This document shows positions 14,426-28,300 of a stretch of 64,000 nt of DNA, piece by piece (the stretch's first letter is position 1; the number at the start of each line of letters is the position of its first letter). The notes under the pieces were generated by a model, which did not search any database, was not told where the DNA came from, and saw only the letters and a list, made by a program, of their open reading frames with translations. The position numbers were made by a program, and so were the translations under genes. Source of the DNA: Carcharhinus amblyrhynchos (lineage: Eukaryota); contig OZ336885.1 of the NCBI GenBank assembly GCA_965287045.1, positions 64,108,001 to 64,172,000 of the forward strand. Reading direction: 5' to 3'.

Positions 14426-17400
14426 TCAGAGACAGGAAATGACTGACAAAGGGCCGAGTTTCGGCTGCTAGGGCGAGATACATTGGCTTTATTGTTCATC
14501 GGTATTGTTTGCTAACTATGAACTGAGGATGTGATTTGGGAAGAAAACATTGGCATCGATGTGAGAGGCACACAATATAATAGAAATAAAACCAATAAGT
14601 TCTGCATCAAAGAGAGCTGGAGGGTACAACATTTCTGTGACACATACATTAGCTTTGCTGATGTTCGTTTTGGTGTAAAGAACGAAAAGAACAAGAACGC
14701 CTCATGGCCCTTCATTGGTCATCCTTGAAGGACGAATGGCGTCAGTTAAGCTCATATCTGCTGCAAAAGGAACAAAAAAACCCTCGAAGAAACAAAATAT
14801 ATAGCAGCTGATCCAAAGTCTGAGACATAGACGTGGGCAGTGCAAATCTGGTTTTCGAATTGTAACTTCAGCCACTCACCAAATGAAATGTTGTGCTAAA
14901 TATGCGAAAGGTATGTTCACCCTAAACGTATTTTATGCGTTTTACGTTCGGCTGAAAATCATTTCAATCGACTGCTTCATACTTTCCTCATACTCTCCTG
15001 AACTGAGACGTTTAGCAATTTACAAGGCAGTGTTTTCGCCTGCAGTGAAATTCACTTTCCTGGGGCTGTTCGAAAGAAACAGATGCGCTTTGCATCAGTC
15101 ATTACTGGCGAATTCACGAGAATTATATTTTCAAAAAGCAGTTGTTATTTGCTGCATTACAGGTTATTGATAGCACTTCTTGTGGATTATGTAGGTTAAT
15201 TGCATAGTTTGAAGATGTTCAATGTAAAATTAAGCAGATAAATTTCTGCTTAGGAGGATTTTGTGAGCAGAGTAGAGATGGAGCCTCGTGTTATTATTTT
15301 CTCTCTTCCGTTGAAATACGTGATGTAATAAAGAGTTGATAATGTTTCTGACGGTAATGCAATTTGAGAAGATGAGGAGGCCTCAAAAGAACACAAACAG
15401 AACAAGCGTGTGGCAAAAATCTTGCAAATATTGCATAATGTGTAAAAAAAAATCAAAATGACTATATCAACTGTATGAATGAAAGAGCGACATAACATCC
15501 AAATTTTCAGAAGTTGCAGGGCAATCAGGGTTGGGGAGGGAGGGGTGGAGGCAGATCTATTACTGTGTCTCTATGCATGAATCATAGACTGATAGGTTAC
15601 AGGTGAAGCATGTAACTAGACACGATCATAGAATGACATAATCTACTGTAATGAGAATTGATGCCTATGTCCACAAGTTGCATTCTCACAATATAGGATT
15701 TTATTGAGAACAGAAATGGAACACTAAGTGCAATTGTAGCCTTGTTAAATGAGGCATATTGTAAAAGTGCTATAATCATTCCAAACAAGCTTTAAAACCA
15801 AAACACCAATTGCAAGAATGTGCGATTTTCATGCTGAGTACATGCTGGAGAGGGCAGGTGTGAATGCAATGAGCATTGAAATATTAAAATGACGTTGATA
15901 TTCACGTTATTGATCCTGAGCGGCATTCAACGAGCGACGTTTCCTCTGACCAAAAACTCTATAACAAGGGGTCACTCGTTTTTAGCTGACGTGAAACGAA
16001 GGTATTCGAAGAAGGTATTGGGTCTCTGCGTTGACGGCCTTAGAAAATAACTGGAACCATAATCTTCATTTGTACATTCCTGAAGTCAGAACAAAGTAAG
16101 GCCTTCCTTAACCCGGGTACGTGTTATTGTGTGAGGGAGGCAGGTTGTGTTCTGGTAAAAAAAGAAACGAAGGATACACTAAACGTCAGAATATGCCAAA
16201 TAAAGAGAATATTCCTGCTCAAAGTTTATTACTTTTTTTTTGGCCTGCACTGTGCGTGTAGATTATCTCTCAATCAATTTCAATGTCAAGGACAAATTCT
16301 GGTTCCGTATAACATATCGCTTATGTAGAAACAAAAAATATGAAATTAGACAATCTGCAGGAGTTAGCATTCGGCCGCTTAACGCTGTCCCAACAATTTA
16401 AATGGTGATAGTTTAGGATCCTCAAATATCATTCGGTCGTTATTAAAGTTAAGATCCAACTTATAAATTATATCCAGCTCTATTCATGTTCAAACCTTAT
16501 CAATAAAGGATAGTGAACGATTGGTTGTACTCTGAATGCAGTGCTTCCTACAAAACTCATTACTAAATGGATTGTCTCTACATCAAAATGTTATATTTGC
16601 ACTCAGGCAGAGTTCTTAAGATAGTGAGCAACTGACAGATAGTAGGTGGAAAGCGCCTCCCCAAAATACTGATGATCTCAGAAGCAGCAAGGATATGTTA
16701 TCCTGAAAATAACTTTCAAAGAACTGATGTCACCATCCAGCAGATCATATTTGGGATAATTATAAAGTTTCGTGATTTTCTTCACGTATACTTCAATTGA
16801 TAGTGTTATAGCAATTTAATCTGGTAGAGGCAAAACTTCAGAGTTTGAAGCAGCTATGTGAATTAAATTCAATGTCCTTACTAACCTTCATTAGATTGCA
16901 CACATCTGAAAGCACTCTTTGTTTCACTTGAGGCAGACACAAATGTTGTCTTGGTGTAAAAAAAAAGGCACAAGGCCACTGGACAACAACAGCTATTTTA
17001 ATGTTGTCTCGTCAGTAAATCGAAGAAAATTCAAAACATAATTTTACTCACCCAATTCTTCGAAAATTTGACGCGGATCTAATATAAAGTTAACATAACA
17101 AAAACATAAAACTTCTCACAATAGATCTCGTCCGTAAATTAATCTCAGTTATCGTGTTGAGCTAATTCATTGTGTTTCTTCGACTGTGCAAGCCACTGGC
17201 AAGTCGCGCTAAAACTATACTACATATTGATACAGACAATACTAGAATTGTTGCTGCATGGCATTACGAAGTAGTTTAAACTTTTTCCCCCCACATACCA
17301 TTTAGAAGGGTAAAGCACATAAATTCCTGAACGTGAGGCGTTTAGATATTTTTCGTCATGCAATCATCACGTCATATACAGGAATATCATAAACGAACGG

Positions 17401-17514
17401 AACACGCTGATATGTTCCAGGGGGGAGGTGCTGAGCAAGTGGACTCACGATGAGTCAGAGCACAGAAAACGAGTTAACACCCCTCACTCTATGTTTGAAG
17501 ATGCGTTTCATAGT

Positions 17515-20045
17515 TTGAGACGTAAGTGTCCCTAAGAGAGGGGCTGGGCAGACAGCTTAATGTTCCAGGGTACCTTTGTTGTAGGACAGACAGAGCAGGG
17601 AGAGAGGAGGGGGAGTTGCAGTTTTGATTAGGGAAAACATCCCGGTAATACCGAGAGGGAATATAAGAGACAAATTGGCCACGCAGCCTTCATGGATCAC
17701 ACTGAGACAAGAAAGGAAAAATCACTTTGGTCGCGTTGTACTGTAGGCCCTCAAATGGTCAGCGGGAATTTGTGAAGCGGTATGACTGGAGATTACAGAG
17801 AAGACCGAGAAAATAAAAATAGAAACAGTGGAGGATGTAAACTTTCCCAAAATTGACTAGGGCAGCCAGATTATTGGAGATTAGGACGGAGAGAAATACG
17901 TTGAGTGTGTTCTAGAGCAATTTTTCATTCGGTATGTGGATGGCCAGACGAGAGAGGGGACAAAACTTGGGAAATAGAGACGCAGATAGGTGTCAGAACT
18001 GTTAATGTGGATCACTTTGTGACCAATGACCAGAGCTCTATTAGTTTTAAGACAGCTGTATCGAAAGATATGTCGAACCCAAAAGTTAAACTTCTAAACT
18101 GGGGCAAGGCCAATTTTGGTGGCATTAGGCAGGAATTTTAAATAGTTGACTGGGGGACTCTGTGGGATGACAAAGGAACATCTAGTAAATGGGAGGCTTT
18201 CACAGGTTTATTAACCGGGGTTCAGGGTAAGCATATTGTTCTAACGGTGAAGGCCAAGTCTAGTAGAAGTAGGGTATCCAGGATGGAGCGGGATCTTGAT
18301 GCCCTGATTATGGAGAGAAAAGGGGACACATGACAAGCAATGGCAGCTGGGATTAAGTGAATTCCTTGACAAGTATAAGGCCGTAAGAGTAGAGTTAAGA
18401 GTGAAATCAGGAGAGCAAAACGTGGTCACGACAATGTTTTGACAAATAAGGCAAAGGAGGATACAAAGAGCTTCTGCAAATGCATAAATGCTAAATGAGT
18501 AAGGAGGGAGAGAGTAGCTCCTCCTAAGGTTCAACAAGGTCATCTGTGTGTGAATCCACTAGAGATTGGCGGGATCCTAAATGAATATTTCTCACCACTA
18601 CTTACTGTTGAGGAAAGAGAACTTGGCGAAATACATAGTGAAGCTTGAGGACTATGTATATATTACAGAGAAGGAGCTGCTGCAAGTCTGAAAACGCATC
18701 AAGGTAAATAAATCCCCTGGACCTGATTAAGTGTATCCCATGATATTGTTGGAGGCTACAGAGGAAATTGCGTGTCCCACAGCAGTTATATTTGAACCAT
18801 CAAAAGTCACAGATGAGGTTCCTGAACATTGAAGGATGGCAAATGTTGTGCGGTTGCTTAGAGAGGGCTGCAAGGAAAAAAAAAACAACCTCGATACTAC
18901 AGGCTTGTGAGACTTATATCTGTAATGGCTAAGCTGTTTCAAGGTATTTTGAGAGATAACATCTACAGGCATTTAGAGATGTAAGGACTGAACAAAATAC
19001 CCGATCAGCTTTGTGACTGGAATATCTTGTCTCTCAAATTTGATTGAGATTTTGAAAAGGTTAACCAAGAAGGGAGATGAGGATAGTGCAGTTGATGTTG
19101 TCTTCTTGGACGATACAAGGCACTTGGCAAGGTACAAAATGGTCAGTGTTTGCATAAGTTTAAGTCTCACGGGATCCAGGAAGAGGTAGCTAAATGGATA
19201 GAAAATTGGCTTGATGATAGAAGCCAATGGCTGGTTTTGGATCGATGTATTTCAAACTGGATTCCGTTGACAAGCGTTGTCCCTCAGGGATCAGTGCTGG
19301 GCCCATTGTTATTTGTCATTTATATTAATGATTTGATGTGAATATAGGAGACATGATTCGTAAGTTCGCAGATGACAGAAAGCTTGGTGGCATAGTGGTG
19401 AGTGAAGAAGATTATCTCGAACTGCAAAGGCATCTTGAACAATTGGGTCAGTGGGCTGACAAATGGCAGCTGGTGTTTAATTTATATAAAAATGAGGTAA
19501 TGCATTTTGTTCAATCGAACCAGGACAGGATTTACTCAGGTAATGGCAATGCAATGGGAAAAGTTACAGAACAAAGATGTCTCGGGGTACAGATTCCTTG
19601 AAAGTGGAGTCGAGGGTGGACAGTATGACGAAGAATGCATTCAGCATGTATGGTTACCTAGTTCAGAACATTTAATGCAGGAGTTGGGGCATGTAGTTGA
19701 AGCTGTACAAAACGTTAGTAAGGCCGCACTTGGGATATTGTGTGTATCGTTGTGGTCACCCTATTGTAGAAAAGGTATTGCTAAACTAGGATGAGTGTCG
19801 GAAAAAAACAACTTCCTAGGATGTTACAGGGACTTGATGGTTTATGTTATCAGGAGAGGCTGGAGACTGGCTTTGTTTTCTCTGGAGACTGAGAGGTAAT
19901 TTCAAAAAATGTCAATAAAACAATGAGGGGCATAGAACTGCCAGATAGTCAATATCGTTATTCAAATGTGAGGCAGTCTGAAATTTGGAGGCGTAGGTTT
20001 ACGCTGAGGGGGAGAGATACAAGAAAATCTAGAGGGACATTATCC
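17515..20045 (+). mobile_element. CR1 LINE ORF2, degenerate (AP endonuclease, RT and C-terminal domain)
   Basis: Collinear motifs: QLNVPGY and VNFPKID (endonuclease), KSPGPD, SVVPQGSVLGPLLFVIYINDL, KFADDRKLGG, WADKWQLVFN. Many stops and frameshifts. Confidence 0.9.
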
Positions 20046-20989
20046 TTACTCCTGCGGAAAAAAAAAATAATGGTACATACATATCAAACGATATTAAAAA
20101 AAAGTTGAAAAAATTGGTTTAAAGTTTAATTGCATAGGGGTTAAAACTGTTGACCTGAAGATTGCTATGCATTCCCACAATTATTGATGTTCGTGATCCG
20201 ATCAAAGTGTTGTGTTGAATGGCATTTTAATCATATTTCCAGTGGAAAATTAAACGATTCAAAAATATAGATGTCAGCTGGATGAATGTCAGGTATCAAG
20301 CATGTTGTCATGTAAGAAACTGTGTGTAGGCTGTTCCAGTGTGTTGATAGCTAGAAATTTAAGTGCAAACCTTGACATGATAAAGTCAAGTAATTTCATG
20401 ACACAACACCGTTGTATGTCATTTCAACCACTGTTAACGTGGCAGATCAGGAAGGAATCAATACAATCAGTCCCTCACGTACTGCCATTTTCAAACACTC
20501 CAAAACTGCATTTTGCGTATCATTTCTTCCGAGGCACATGCTAATATTTTCAACATAATAATTAGATATTACCTCCATCGGTGGTTGCATTGTCGAATAT
20601 TCCACTTAACAATATGCAATAGTGTTTTGTAAATATTTTCTTGAGCTTGCGGATCTTATCATTGCCAAAAGTTTAAAATTCATATCCTCTGCCATGAGGT
20701 TCATCTTCTATTCGATAACTCTCTCCAGCTTAAAATGGTAAAACATATCAATATAGTTGTGCTGTGAATTGTGCTGCCCCTCAGATGTCCCCTACTCCAT
20801 TACAACAATGATACATTATACCATCCAGCTAATAAATGGAATGAATCATTCTTGTGCCATACTCATAAGTCATGAATTTTCACTCGTGAAAACGTTACGT
20901 TTTTCTTTAGATCTGTTTCTTAATGTTCAACCTAATTGACTGGCGCAACACTTAAAAGGTACGTCAAAATCAATGAAACTGTTCCAAAG

Positions 20990-22285
20990 TATGGCAAGAC
21001 ACATCAAGTTTCACACCAGGTTAAAGTCCAAAAGGTTTATTTGGTAGAAGAAATCACTGCCTTTCGGAGCGCTGCTCCTTCAACAAGTAAGTGGAAGTTC
21101 TGTTCTCAAACAGGGCACATGACGTCACAAACACAATTTATAATATGATGGTTCGAATACTAGTTTTTGCAGATAATCAAGCCTTAAAAGTAGAGACAAT
21201 GTGAGTGCAGAGCGGGTTTAGCACCTGGTAAAGAAATGTCTATTGTCTCCAGCCGGCGTAAATCGTGAAATTTTGCAAGCCCAGGTAAGTCGTGGGGACC
21301 AAAGACAGCGTGAGACAAACCCAAGATCCCGGCTGAAGCCATCCCTACGTGTGCAGAACCTGGCCCTCAGTCTCTGCCCAGGGACTGTGCGTCGCCACAT
21401 GCCGTGAAGGCCACCCCGGAGAACACCCACCCGATGACCAGCGACCAAATGCCTGCGTCCGCAGAAATGTTCCCCAACAGGAAGAGGACATTCCTGCCTG
21501 GTGATTGTCGAACGGTGTTCATTCATCTGTTGTCGAAGCGTCTACACGGTGTCCCCAACATGCCATGCCCCCGGATATCCTTTCCTGCAGCGTATCAGGT
21601 GGACGCGGTTGGCCGAGTTGCAAGTCTATGTACCACATACCTGGTGGAGAACCATCTCATGTGACTTGATAACATCCGTGTCAATGATCCGGCACATCTT
21701 GCAAGAGGTTGCTCTGGCAGGGTCGTGTGGTATTGTGGTCACTGTTCTCTTGAAGGCTGGGTCGTTCACTGCTGACAATGTTCTGTTTGACGTTGTGCCG
21801 TTGTTTGAAGTCAAGAAGTCGCGGTGGGGGATCGCCTTGGCGAGATGTTCGTCTTCACCAATAACATGTTAAGGCTCTGGAGAAGCTATCCTTGCTGCTT
21901 CGTGTGGGAAGTACTGGACGACGAAGGGTACTCTGTCCGCCGTGTCGCGTGTTTGTCTTCTGAGGGCGTCGGTGTGGTTTTTCGCTGTGGCGCGTCAGAA
22001 ATGTCAGCCAATGAGTCCAGCGCCATTTCCTGTTCTTATGAAGGCAACTTTCTGCGTCTGGAGGTGTCTGTTGAGATCCTCCTCATCTGAGCAGATCCTG
22101 TGTATACGGAGAGCTTGTTTGTCGGGGTTGGCTTTATTTATCGTGTTTAGGGTGGAAGCTGGAGAAGTGAAGCGCTCCGACCGCTAGTGGCTTGTGCTGC
22201 TAAATAAAGCTGTTAGTCTTTAACCTGGTGCTGTGACACTTTTTTCTGTATTTACTCCAGTCCAACGCCTGCATCTCCACATCAA
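20990..22285 (-). mobile_element. Penelope-like element, 5'-truncated (RT thumb, GIY-YIG endonuclease, 3' pLTR) with an inverted partial pLTR at its 5' end
   Basis: Minus strand reads HFSSFHPK...LRIHRICSDEED (RT thumb), CKMCRIIDTD (Cys linker) and RMNEHRSTITRQECPLPVGEHF...DGFSRDLGF (GIY-YIG). Terminal sequence at 21001-21100 (-) is repeated inverted at 22171-22283 (+). Confidence 0.88.
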
Positions 22286-24272
22286 TGCACATCAATGCAG
22301 GAACATGCTTATATTCTTGAAGGTGTATATGAATTCCACACGTTGTGACTCGTCGACTAATATGTTTAAATTGTAATGGGAGCGCAAGAAATAAACATAC
22401 CATTTGTATTTTTTTTAGTTCAACCTGAATTTCCGGTTGTCTCTGTCCAACATTGCATAATTCTACTGGCTTGTCATACTGTCGCAGAGTTATGTGTACT
22501 TGTGATGATGTGATTTGAATAAATTCCTTTCTGTAAAGAGGCTTGTCTTTCATTGCGTAATGTAAGAGTTTATCAAATTCTAAGAGGATTTCAAATCAAC
22601 AATATGCATACATAAAATGCTTGCAAGCTAATAATGCAATTAATTAAAATAATAAATAAAAATCAACAACTAAAGTTAGGTTTAATATTTAGTTGTTGCG
22701 AATCTACCTACGAATTTCAAATTAATGCTCCTGCCCTGAGTTGTTGGAAATGTGTTGCTTAATTATTTACAATTAAATGTCTGGTTCAAATCATTTATTT
22801 TTCCATTTTGCTGGCCCGAAATCGATTCATCATCGAGTGGGAAACGTTCCGCGCTGCCAAAAGTAACGTTCCATTTTCTTTCAGACACGACTGGAGGGTT
22901 TGCGAAATACTTTCCTATATGACAAAGGCTGCGACTAAACAGATATATGTATTGGTAACTGAAGTAGTCGAGTCAGGTTAATTTATTGCAGAAGTTGAGG
23001 CTGGAAATATTTGCCGAAGGGATAATAAGAACATTCAACAGCGCAGCCCACACACCACGTGCATTCAGTTCATAAGCATTTTGTAATGACAAATTAGGGA
23101 TGTTTAACATATAAAGGCATACCCAACGAATGCCAGATCCTCTGAATATACAAATCAAATGAACAGTTGATCAAAATTCCCGGCGTCTCCCATTTCTCTT
23201 AAGAATCTATTGCATGAAAGGTGAATTAAAACAAAAGAAACCGTATGTTGCCTTGTATTTCTCGAACGTTTTGTTGTGTTAATAAAGTCAGAGGAAACGT
23301 AATGACATGAAAAAACACAGTTAGTTAAAAAAAACTCACACGTGGATGTTTTCTATGAAGCATAAAGCACAACTTCCATGCAGTTCCCCTCGACTATTCT
23401 ATGATTGTTGTATAGATATCGCAATGCGGTACTGGAAACACAAGTCCTTTAACATTACCTGAGAATAAAGTTGTCAAGTGAACGCCTGTGCAGAGGACAA
23501 CATTTTCGAAATGTCAAATCGTTGTATGGCACAATTTATGATCAACATTTTTTTTTTGACTCAACATTCCAAGAAGGTTACAGCCAAATGCATTTGGAAA
23601 CTGCTGCATGAAGTATATGCTAAAATGCAAATGCATGAAAATGCATTAACCCATAAGTTCTGAGCTTTCGCGTCACGGAGCTATGGCATTCTGCTAAAAC
23701 GGCACTGTGAAGCACCCATCGGATTTTCGCAGGTAAAACTTTGCCAGCCAATTGGTGGAAAACTGCAAATATCCTCACGCTCATTGCAGAATATCCTGAA
23801 ACATACAGCACTGCAAATTTAAACATGAACTGTGGATAATTATAATAGCATTTCATCAATAGTGAATGTGGGAAGGCCCGAGAATTTAAGTGTTTTTCTC
23901 GATGTGGGAAGCGAATCTATATTTCGACGACAATTTGCTTAATTACGTTCCCACTGCGAAATATTACACGACATTTCGAACCACAACTGAACGGCCAAAT
24001 TAAACAATTAGTTTCCAGTCTACTTGCAATGAAATAAACAGGCACGCAGAAATTCGCTCCCTGATATCTCACTCAAACTCTACATCCCATATGTCGACTT
24101 TCGAACGCCCACCAGCTGACTTTCGACGATCGCAACCGCAAACGTGACAAATTGCACCTGATGATCTTAGAAACCAAGCATACACACCCCCAGATATCCG
24201 ACCATCTTAATAAAATATTGGTCAATCGTTGCTTGCACATCTGAGCTTTGCAACGAATGCCTCCTCCCCCAA

Positions 24273-24287
24273 GCACGCGCGCGCGCG

Positions 24288-24355
<68 letters not shown>
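24273..24355. repeat. Compound microsatellite (CG)10(CA)30
   Basis: Directly visible; uninterrupted purine-pyrimidine alternation of ~83 bp. Confidence 0.97.
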
Positions 24356-24361
<6 letters not shown>

Positions 24362-25883
24362 GGCACAGTGACTCTTCATACTGAGAAGACACATCTTCCG
24401 GTTTGATAGTGCAGGATGCCTTCCACACATTTTGAGTAGTGACATTGACAATAAAATATTTAGGCGTTTAGGATAGCAACAATTACATAATAATTTCGAT
24501 CGTCGAACTTTGCATAGTTGATAATGGACGCAGCTACATGATGCAGGGTGTCAGGTGAAGTAGGATGCATTTTCAAAGCTACTGTTGTTCATGAGTGCAT
24601 TTCAAAACTATAAGACGTTGGACCACGTTAAAATTATGATGCGAAACATTGTACAGCCCCAGCCACCAAAGAAACGGAGCAGGCAAGGTGCTGACAAAGG
24701 AACTGTTCATTAACCTCAACTGAGATTTTAGGTTCTCAGGTCGAGCGAGACCATCAAATCCTGTCCATTCTGAGGGCATCAGTTGAAGAAGAGAACACCA
24801 AACTCGCTTCTCAACATATTCCAACTCCCAGTGACTTCGCGGAAGGTTTTGCAAGTTGTAACATTTCATATGCAACTCTAAGTACCGTTGTTTATTTTAC
24901 TCCCGACCAAAATTCTTCGTCACAAATTCAAGGATACTGCAACAGTCTAACCGAAAAAAAAGGTTCCCTTTCCTTAAGCTATTCTCATCATTCAAGGAAT
25001 TAACATAAATCGAAATTTCCAGAAAAAAAAAATAAATCCTTCAGCTAAAGGAAAACACACCTTCCCATCAACCCGATCTAGGAAACATTTATTGACATGG
25101 TTCATGCCACTCCCAAACTGTTCTGTCCCATTTAAAAAAAAACAGTAACATATACTGTATATTCTCGCAGATGCCTGGCAAACGACAATGTTATCTCTGT
25201 ATACGATGGTGACAAGAACTGCAGCTTTGTTAATTTTAGACTTTGTTGTCAATAAAGCAAATCTAAGCTTGAATTATCACATTGTGCTTGACTAGAAATT
25301 ATTCATATTCAGAGAAGTTTCTTACATACCCAATCCGTTTAATTGAGCCACTGCGTGTGTTATCAAAGATTACTTTGGCGCAGAAAAAAAGTATGAGAAA
25401 TATTAATGCTATTTTCCTTGTTTCGTTAATTAATCACCTCTTTTCAACAGTTCTTGCTTCAGTTTTTCATTATCTGTTTGAAAAAAAAAGCAGACAGGAA
25501 AACATCAATCACCTCGTTGGAAAGCCAATGTTATTCACGAAAACAACGACGGTTCGTCAGTAAATTTGACATGTTGAGGTAATACAGAATTTATTTTACA
25601 CGAACAGCATATTTTGCTGCTGTCTTGCCAAACAATGCATTTGCAATTAATGTTGAGCGTTTAACTAAGTCGATTTGCAGGCGAGGAGAATTTGAATAAT
25701 TAATCCTGAATAATCCTGAATTAATCCTGAAAAGATTAATCGACCATCTAAACCGAAACCAAAGCATCTCTTTTTATTAAAAAAAAGGGAAATATGGTTG
25801 TCTTTTAAAAGAACCTTCGGGAAATGCATTTTCCATCTAACGAAGATGTATGTACATTGGCTAAATAATTGTGGAAATGGAAG

Positions 25884-26090
25884 ATAGAACATAGAACATT
25901 ACAGCGCAGAACAGGCCCTTCGGCCCAAGATGTTGCGCCGACCAATTAAAAAAGCAATGACCCTCTAACCTAAACCAATCCCTTTTCATCCATAAACCTA
26001 TCCACTGATCTCTGAAACGCCCCCAAACTAGGCGCATCGACAACTGCAGCAGGCAGGGCATTCCAATCCCTCACCACCCTCTGGGTAAAG
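25884..26090 (-). mobile_element. CR1 LINE 3' end, short 5'-truncated copy
   Basis: Minus strand FTQRVVRDWNALPAAVVDAPSLGAFQRSVDRFMD, 3' UTR GGGCCGAAGGGCCTGTTCTG and a (GTTCTAT)n tail. Confidence 0.9.
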
Positions 26091-26619
26091 ATTGAAGAAA
26101 GGAAGAAATAGAACTCCAAGAAATGATCCTGTAAGGTTAAAAATATTGTAGTTAATGCAGCAAGTACTACCAAACCAAAAGATGAAGAATTTCACCCTTT
26201 ATTTCACTCACAGAATTGTTTAAATTATGTAAAATGATAACAAAATGAAACCAGAAAAAAAGGTATGAACTTTTTTTTGTAAGTACCATTGGATTTTTTT
26301 TAAAGAAAACATGTAATTACCCAGAAAGCAACTTCGCTGACAATGGGCAATTAGAAATTCGGGACTGCGAGCCACATCATTTAGGTTGTGCTACCTGACT
26401 CAATTGTAGTTGTGTTTTGGGGGATTTTGTTTCTCCATTATTCTGTCTCCTAATTTTACAATTAATCAAATGTGCACAACTCTGCGGCAGAGGAAAATAC
26501 AGGTTCCAAAGTTTTTTTTTAAACAATAATTTATTTCTGTTCCTTTTTTTAGGAGATGCGCCGTTCATTGTGCCCAACCGAAGAATACGGGGTAAGTCAT
26601 TCGGGCTAATATGAGGAAG

Positions 26620-26830
26620 ATTTATATTCACTCAGAGAATAATGAAAATGTGAAATTCTCTATCACAGAATGTTGTTGGGGCTAGGTCGTTAGTTATGTT
26701 CAAGAGTGAGGTGAACGTGGCTCTTGTGACTAAATGGATCAATTGCATGCTCACCCATGATCGGTTTGAATGGTCATGCAGACTCGTAGGGCTCAATGTC
26801 GTTTTCTACTCCTGCAACTATTTTCCATTT
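26620..26830 (+). mobile_element. Degenerate CR1 LINE 3' end
   Basis: TTCACTCAGAGAATAATGAAAATGTGAAATTCTCTA (FTQRVVNLWNSL-like) and tail CATGATCGGTTTGAATGG...GCAGACTCGTAGGGCT...CTACTCCTGC, similar to the copy at 46910-46980. Confidence 0.65.
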
Positions 26831-28019
26831 GTTTTTTCCAACTATTCGTTTGATGTCCAAAGCCAATTGCTTCCTCACCTATACTAATATAAAGTTCGCC
26901 CATACATTGCTGGACTTGTTACAAATAATGTAAGTATTATGTGTAATGCAAGACAGTTAATATGCTATCAAGGAGCAATTGACATCATGATTCTTAGAAA
27001 ATTCTGCTTCAGAAAGAAATACAACCATTTTTCAGCCAAAAAGTGCATCTAATATCGTGCAGTTTCATTAAAATTTTATGAAAATGCATTTATTATTTTA
27101 TACTGCCACAAATTCATGAGGTACAAAGAACATACAGTATATAATGCCTGCGCCAGAAGTTCTATGCTGCCACACTCATTGATGACGTGGGGTTGCAACA
27201 CTTTTTTTGCCTGATTCGCCTGAAAGTAAAACATAATTGTAAAGCATTGTGGTAGATCATTGATTCGTTTTATGTAACTACTTCTGTTGACATCTAAAAT
27301 TTACCTGAAAGTTAATACATCGAAAATAGAAGAAAGAGCAGGTGATATGGCCATTTCAGCCTGCTCAGTCATACCCATCAAAGGGTAAATATTCAATAAT
27401 AAGGCCTTGATCAGTTTTCCAGTGGACATTCACAATAAGTTCTCAAATAGCGAAACATGCAGAAAATATTTCTTGTCCTTAAGTCTCAAGTTGGAGGAGC
27501 ACTCATGAGCAATTATTGAAGTGCAACTTTGCACGGGACACAGAGTTGAGTGATTAATGCAGCCACTAAGGACGTAGGAAAGACAGAACGGTTGAAGTTT
27601 TTCTTGAAATTATCTGCAATTATTCGCACACATATGCCATTCTAAATATAAAAGATAGCACCAGTTAGTTGCAAAATCCATTAAATGACTAAACATTGGG
27701 GAATAAATAATTCAATAGCATAATTCTGGGAGCTAATGAACACATATTCAACATGCTGGGTCATTCGACATATCAATGTTGCGTTTTTTTTTTCTCTTGC
27801 CAGCAGAAACCCATGCAAGTAATGCTTTGTTAAATGTTTCCAGAACGAAATGCTTGCTGGTCAGATATCCTTATGGAACATGAGCTTCAGGCAGATTGAC
27901 ATAACAGGGAGACGGTGCTGGGTGTTATATAAAAATGGTCACATCCATTAGGGAATGCAATTCCTTCATAGATGTGGTATCATCTGTGATTGTAGATTCA
28001 TAGGATGAATGATTATCTT

Positions 28020-28300
28020 ACCGAACCCCTCTAACCTATCCTGTCCGTTAAACCCGCACGTTTGTCATTGCTAATTGTCTAACTTGCACTTCCTGGCATA
28101 TTGGACATCAACTCGTCATTGAAAATACCTCTAGAAGGTGCGTCTTTTCACTGAGGGAAGAATGCAGAGCACCTGGATGGTTCCTATGGAGGGTCTGGGA
28201 TAATTATCAATTTAAAACAAACAACATCACAAGCCAAAATTGAACTCGGGCCCCTGACCTTGGGATCTGACTGAGAATCAGCCTGCCACCATGCTGCGCC
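28020..28300 (-). mobile_element. Highly degenerate HE1-like SINE
   Basis: Order of remnants (CCCCTCTAACCTA, CTAACTTGCAC, GAGCACCTGGA, ATTGAACTCGGGCCCCTG, GCCACCATGCTGCGCC) parallels the clearer copy at 29946-30261. Confidence 0.4.

Noticed and set aside
17052-17078. 27-nt minus-strand micro-exon candidate (DPRQIFEELG)
   Set aside because: Plausible splice sites, but isolated and unassignable; expected by chance.
24073-24451. Cys-Val/Ala-Arg repeat ORFs (also 37730-38113)
   Set aside because: Translations of microsatellites and G-runs.
24695-25003. ~100-codon ATG-less plus-strand open frame (QVERDHQILSILRASVEEENTKL)
   Set aside because: No convincing donor site or homology; compatible with chance.
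25701-25741. (TAATCCTGAA)x3 short tandem repeat
   Set aside because: Simple slippage repeat with no spacers; not CRISPR-like.
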